Shown piece by piece: positions 48,589 through 52,169 of a stretch of 52,169 nt of DNA. The stretch covers positions 3,271-55,439 of the forward strand of contig CAZWEM010000029.1 in the NCBI GenBank assembly GCA_964632315.1, in the 5' to 3' direction. The position numbers and the translations under genes were made by a program. Each line of letters begins with the position of its first letter. Within the stretch, counting starts at the first letter, position 1. The stretch comes from an uncultured archaeon. GTDB lineage: Archaea > Asgardarchaeota > Lokiarchaeia > Sigyniarchaeales > SOKP01. The notes under the pieces were generated by a model that saw nothing but the letters and a program-made list of their open reading frames with translations, searched no databases and was not told the DNA's origin.

Positions 48589-48903
48589 CTATTTCAATAA
48601 ATCCTCATATTGATTCGGGTTATATCCAACTACGATCTTATCATCACATACGAAAAATGGATATGCAATTCTGTCTGGCTTGTAGTTCTCTCTAAGATAT
48701 TCTAGAATTTCTGATTTCTGCTTTGCTGAAATATTATCGATATCAATATATTTATACTTAATATCCTTATCGCTTAGAAATCTCTTACATTTTTTACACC
48801 ACATACATGTACTGAGTGTGAATATGCTCACGTCATGTGCATCATTCTTACCTTCTACTTCATTGAATAATTCTGTTATAAAATCGGGAAACATAATAAC
48901 CAC
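48589..48903 (-). CDS. Glutaredoxin/NrdH-like protein
   Basis: TLSTCMWCKKC, AYP, IVVGY. Confidence 0.88.
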   Translation of the reverse strand: MVIMFPDFITELFNEVEGKNDAHDVSIFTLSTCMWCKKCKRFLSDKDIKYKYIDIDNISAKQKSEILEYLRENYKPDRIAYPFFVCDDKIVVGYNPNQYEDLLK

Positions 48904-49133
48904 TTCAAATTTATTATTATTAAATTTTTTAATTGCTCTTCGTTAAATTTATTTTCCAATTGGGATATCTAACTGAATTACTTGAAATATATATTATTTA
49001 ATCTTATAATACATTGATCTTTATAATTCAGCACATAATTAATATAAAGAAAATCTGATGAAAAGTATTGAAAAATAATAGATTTGAAAACAGCAAACGA
49101 AATTCTAAATGAACTTCCCAGCAACTTAAAAGA

Positions 49134-49328
49134 GTGGGAATTACTTATAATGATTTAGGGAATTTAGTATATTATTTTACAATAGAAGAATTAGCAGAAA
49201 AACTCAACTGTTCAAAAAGTTTTATATATAAATATCTATCGAATAATAATATTCATGTTCTAAAAAAGAAGATTGATGTTACAAAGGATAAAATAACTTA
49301 TTTTGAAAGTAAATTTTCAAAACTATAG
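49134..49328 (+). CDS. Small HTH (excisionase/MerR-like) protein, possibly remnant
   Basis: YFTIEELAEKLNCSKSFIYKYL. Confidence 0.5.
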   Translation: MGITYNDLGNLVYYFTIEELAEKLNCSKSFIYKYLSNNNIHVLKKKIDVTKDKITYFESKFSKL

Positions 49329-49784
49329 TTACCTATTTTTATTCTTTTTTATGTTTTCACGCCAATTAATATCTATGCACTCAAATGCTTCTTCGGTTCT
49401 TTTTCTTATATCCGCGTCGCAAGAATCTAATAATAATCCTAAATGTTGTAAAGCACGTTTATCGCCAATCTTCATTAGGCTTTCAATTATAATGAATAAC
49501 ATAGCCTTATCTTGTAAGTCTTCTGGCTTTTCCACTTCTTTTATTAAGACATCCAGGATTGGCTGCGTGGCCTTTGAATGCTCAATCTCACCTAATGCCT
49601 CAATAATACGATGAATAACAACAGAATCCTCTTCTTTCTTTAGAGCTTTAATCAAAAGATTCACTGCCCTTCCTTCCTTGAGATGTCCCAACGTTCTTGC
49701 CCCCGTTGCTCTTTCCATTGTATCTCCATGGAACAATTTTTTGATAGCTTCATTAAAATCTTCATTTTGAGATTCTGGATCCAT
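49329..49784 (-). CDS. HEAT/PBS-lyase repeat protein
   Basis: R...A..LG.L...RAV..L, ALGEI, SL.KIGD.RA repeats. Confidence 0.85.
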   Translation of the reverse strand: MDPESQNEDFNEAIKKLFHGDTMERATGARTLGHLKEGRAVNLLIKALKKEEDSVVIHRIIEALGEIEHSKATQPILDVLIKEVEKPEDLQDKAMLFIIIESLMKIGDKRALQHLGLLLDSCDADIRKRTEEAFECIDINWRENIKKNKNR

Positions 49785-50018
49785 ATAAGTCTGTGCAATC
49801 TAAAGCATTAAAATCTGTTTTTTATAAATTATTAAATAAACTGAAATCTAAAATGTGATTACTAATCATTTTCTAATTAATTTTAATAATTCTGAATTCT
49901 CGGTTTAAAATAGAATTAAGAAGATTAATTTGACCTTGCTTAAAGATTTAAAAGACTGTGATTGATATTAAAATATAAAAGGAAAAGTTATTTTCAATCA
50001 CGATTAAGTAACAATAAC

Positions 50019-51092
50019 ATGCAAGATTCCTCGAGAGAACCATTAACAACAGAATCAAATTATATTTTATGCCTTTCATTTTTTGATAGTATCTTAGGTC
50101 CAACTATATTCTACAGTAGTTCACCTATTGGTGATAATGATTATCCAGATATAGGTAAAATCTTGGAATTTCAAGATAGAGAGGGAGAATTCATTTTTGC
50201 CCACAGAAAGTATCAAACAATTAATTACATCTTTTATATAGATTCTGAGCTAGCAAGAGGCGGAAAAGACCTCCTCATGATTACATATATGATAAAAGCG
50301 GCGTATTATAAAGATGAAATTACCGATGTCTATAAGTATCTTCAAGGAAAAACTCCTGAATTGGAAAAATTTGCTTTAGAGCTCAAGAATCTTAAAGGAT
50401 TAACTGAAGTTCTTCATTCACGTAAAAAAAGTTCAAATAAAGAAAATCTATTTGATGAGGCTCTTTCAAAATTTAAGGAGGATTTCTTATCAATTTTTGA
50501 TAAATATTATGAAATAGTAGCACCCAGTGAACCTTTACCAGCTCCTCTAATTCAAAAAGAAAATCTTAATAAAATATATATTTTTGGTCCAAGAAAATCA
50601 GGGAGATCAACATTACTGAAGAATTTGGAAGTAATTCAATTCCTTCAATACAAAAATAACAGCAATAAAAAAGATTTGGCCAATAAAATTTACGAATTCA
50701 TCATAGACAATATCGAAATAATGACATATGAATGTCTAGAAGAAGATGAGAATCATGATAATTATTTACGATATGAAGAATGTTTGGAAAATGCACAAGC
50801 ATTTATTTTGATTTTTGATGCATCTACCAAAAAATCAGCAGCTGATACCATTGAAATAATCAATATAGTGCTAAATAAATGCTTAGAAAAAGGAGAAAAG
50901 ATGCCTGTATTGATTATAGGAAATACTTTTAGTAAAAAGGATAAATTAGGTGTGAAGTTTATAGAAAAACACTTTAATCTACCTGAGTTAGCTGAATGCG
51001 GATGGGTGATTAAATATGTTTCCTTGAACGTAATTGAGTACGATCAAGAATTAATTGAGTCTTTGCGCTGGATAACTAAACATATAATTTAG
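50019..51092 (+). CDS. Longin/uDENN-like domain fused to degenerate small GTPase
   Basis: FFDSILGPTI, ARGG..LLMI; P-loop GPRKSGRST, no DxxG, FILIFD, LIIGNT; likely ATG 50019. Confidence 0.7.
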   Translation: MQDSSREPLTTESNYILCLSFFDSILGPTIFYSSSPIGDNDYPDIGKILEFQDREGEFIFAHRKYQTINYIFYIDSELARGGKDLLMITYMIKAAYYKDEITDVYKYLQGKTPELEKFALELKNLKGLTEVLHSRKKSSNKENLFDEALSKFKEDFLSIFDKYYEIVAPSEPLPAPLIQKENLNKIYIFGPRKSGRSTLLKNLEVIQFLQYKNNSNKKDLANKIYEFIIDNIEIMTYECLEEDENHDNYLRYEECLENAQAFILIFDASTKKSAADTIEIINIVLNKCLEKGEKMPVLIIGNTFSKKDKLGVKFIEKHFNLPELAECGWVIKYVSLNVIEYDQELIESLRWITKHII

Positions 51093-51236
51093 TTAATACA
51101 TCAACCATTTAGATTTCTTATTCCCTTAATAGAGATCATACTTGCAATGTATTAGTTTCTAATTAAATTTCAAAAAGTAAGATCATCACTTGTTTTTAAT
51201 TTTTTTATTTATAAATAACTGTAATGTATTGAATCT

Positions 51237-51899
51237 ATGATAAGAAATTTGTTAAATTTTGACGAAAATATTGAAGATGAGTTGTTTGAAACTGATGAAG
51301 ATTTAGATTTTATTAATTGGATGGAATTGGAAGGAAATTCAAGAATATCGGAATTATCAAGACAACTGAGAACGTTTTTCAATTTTAAAACAATCATTAT
51401 CTGTCATCGATTTTCAAATCATAGTCCAAAAATTAAAAGATCTGATAATAAAAATATTGAAAATATTAAAAATGAGTTATCTGCCCTAATTTATCAATAT
51501 AATATTTCTTTAAAAAAATTAAAAATATCTAAAATTGAGAATTTTACTGAAGTAATTAAAAGTATTTTGAAAGAATGCAATTTTCACCAAGATAATGATC
51601 TGTTGGTTATCTTAAATGAATTGAAAAGCCTTGGAAATAAAATCTGGAAGACACTTCATTTATTATCCGAACTTTCTAATATTGGAATGAATTTGGTATA
51701 TATTGCTAGTAATATCGCTGAAATTTTGTCGTATATTGAAAGCATCTATTTTCTTCCATATTCCTTATTCTATAACGGATTAAATCTGTGTTACGCTCAA
51801 ATTAGTAGCGAAATCTCTAAACTCTTAAAAAATGCTGACGTGAAATCAAACACAAATACAAAAATAGGTAGCAAAAAGGTGAGTTTATTTGAAAATTAA
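51237..51899 (+). CDS. Hypothetical protein
   Basis: 220-aa ORF, no recognised motif; ends with AGGTGA RBS for next ORF. Confidence 0.5.
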   Translation: MIRNLLNFDENIEDELFETDEDLDFINWMELEGNSRISELSRQLRTFFNFKTIIICHRFSNHSPKIKRSDNKNIENIKNELSALIYQYNISLKKLKISKIENFTEVIKSILKECNFHQDNDLLVILNELKSLGNKIWKTLHLLSELSNIGMNLVYIASNIAEILSYIESIYFLPYSLFYNGLNLCYAQISSEISKLLKNADVKSNTNTKIGSKKVSLFEN

Positions 51900-52155
51900 A
51901 AACTCAACCCAAGTTTCAAGAAGAAATGTTCAAGAAGTAAGGATAGCAATTTGTCCTGACTTTAAATGTTCATATCTTAAAAAGATTAAACCTCTAAAAT
52001 TTGGCTTTTTTGGCTTTAATAAGTATCCAAAATGTCCTAGACATAAACTTAATCTAGTTTTTATTGATGAGTTTGTTAGAGATTTTTTTAATGCAGTCGA
52101 ATCTTGTATCTTTGGAAGGAAGATTAGCTTTAAATTTTCTTACAGGGTTTTATGA
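51889..52155 (+). CDS. Zinc-finger protein, probably truncated
   Basis: CPDFKC...CPRH; AGGTGA RBS; tail overlaps an out-of-frame LAGLIDADG motif. Confidence 0.5.
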   Translation: MKIKNSTQVSRRNVQEVRIAICPDFKCSYLKKIKPLKFGFFGFNKYPKCPRHKLNLVFIDEFVRDFFNAVESCIFGRKISFKFSYRVL

Positions 52156-52169
52156 TGGGGATGGAAACT
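52091..52169 (+). other. Partial reading frame with LAGLIDADG homing-endonuclease motif (runs off window)
   Basis: Frame from 52091 reads MQSNLVSLEGRLALNFLTGFYDGDGN. Confidence 0.55.

Noticed and set aside
49134-49328. Excisionase marking an integrated element
   Set aside because: No integrase, tRNA or att repeat seen in the window
62-51397. Numerous short antisense/overlapping ORFs in the track (e.g. 1914-2351, 8472-9017, 22298-22750, 28425-28826, 49303-49614)
   Set aside because: Shadows of well-supported genes on the opposite strand, Ser/Phe/Ile-rich with no motifs

Overview
AT-rich, gene-dense archaeal chromosomal window, very probably Asgard (Lokiarchaeia-like). The assignment rests on archaeal alaS, dtdA, mptA, cofG/cofH, EndoQ and GGTGA-type RBSs occurring together with eukaryote-like proteins: E1/E2/RING/JAMM, Rab-like GTPases, longin/roadblock and V4R domains. 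In order the window holds: (1) a pterin/deazaflavin (F420 precursor) cluster, 81-10202; (2) a ubiquitin-like conjugation locus, 10296-18029; (3) housekeeping genes including ftsZ, alaS and dtdA; (4) a CooS-like/thiol-redox/chaperone neighbourhood; (5) small-GTPase, longin and V4R genes; (6) a possibly degenerate LAGLIDADG-bearing end. The best candidate for an undescribed system is locus (2). It has two UFM1-like modifiers ending in a single Gly (LIPASTAG|YV, LIPASTAG|KINI) with acidic tails, a UBA3/UBA2-like E1, a basic E2 with two insertions, a JAMM protease, a six-TM membrane-anchored RING E3, and a membrane-tethered non-conjugatable copy of the modifier. Together these suggest a membrane-associated, non-diglycine Ubl pathway. 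No rRNA, tRNA, CRISPR array or transposase was recognised. All family calls are by-eye motif recognition, not database searches.
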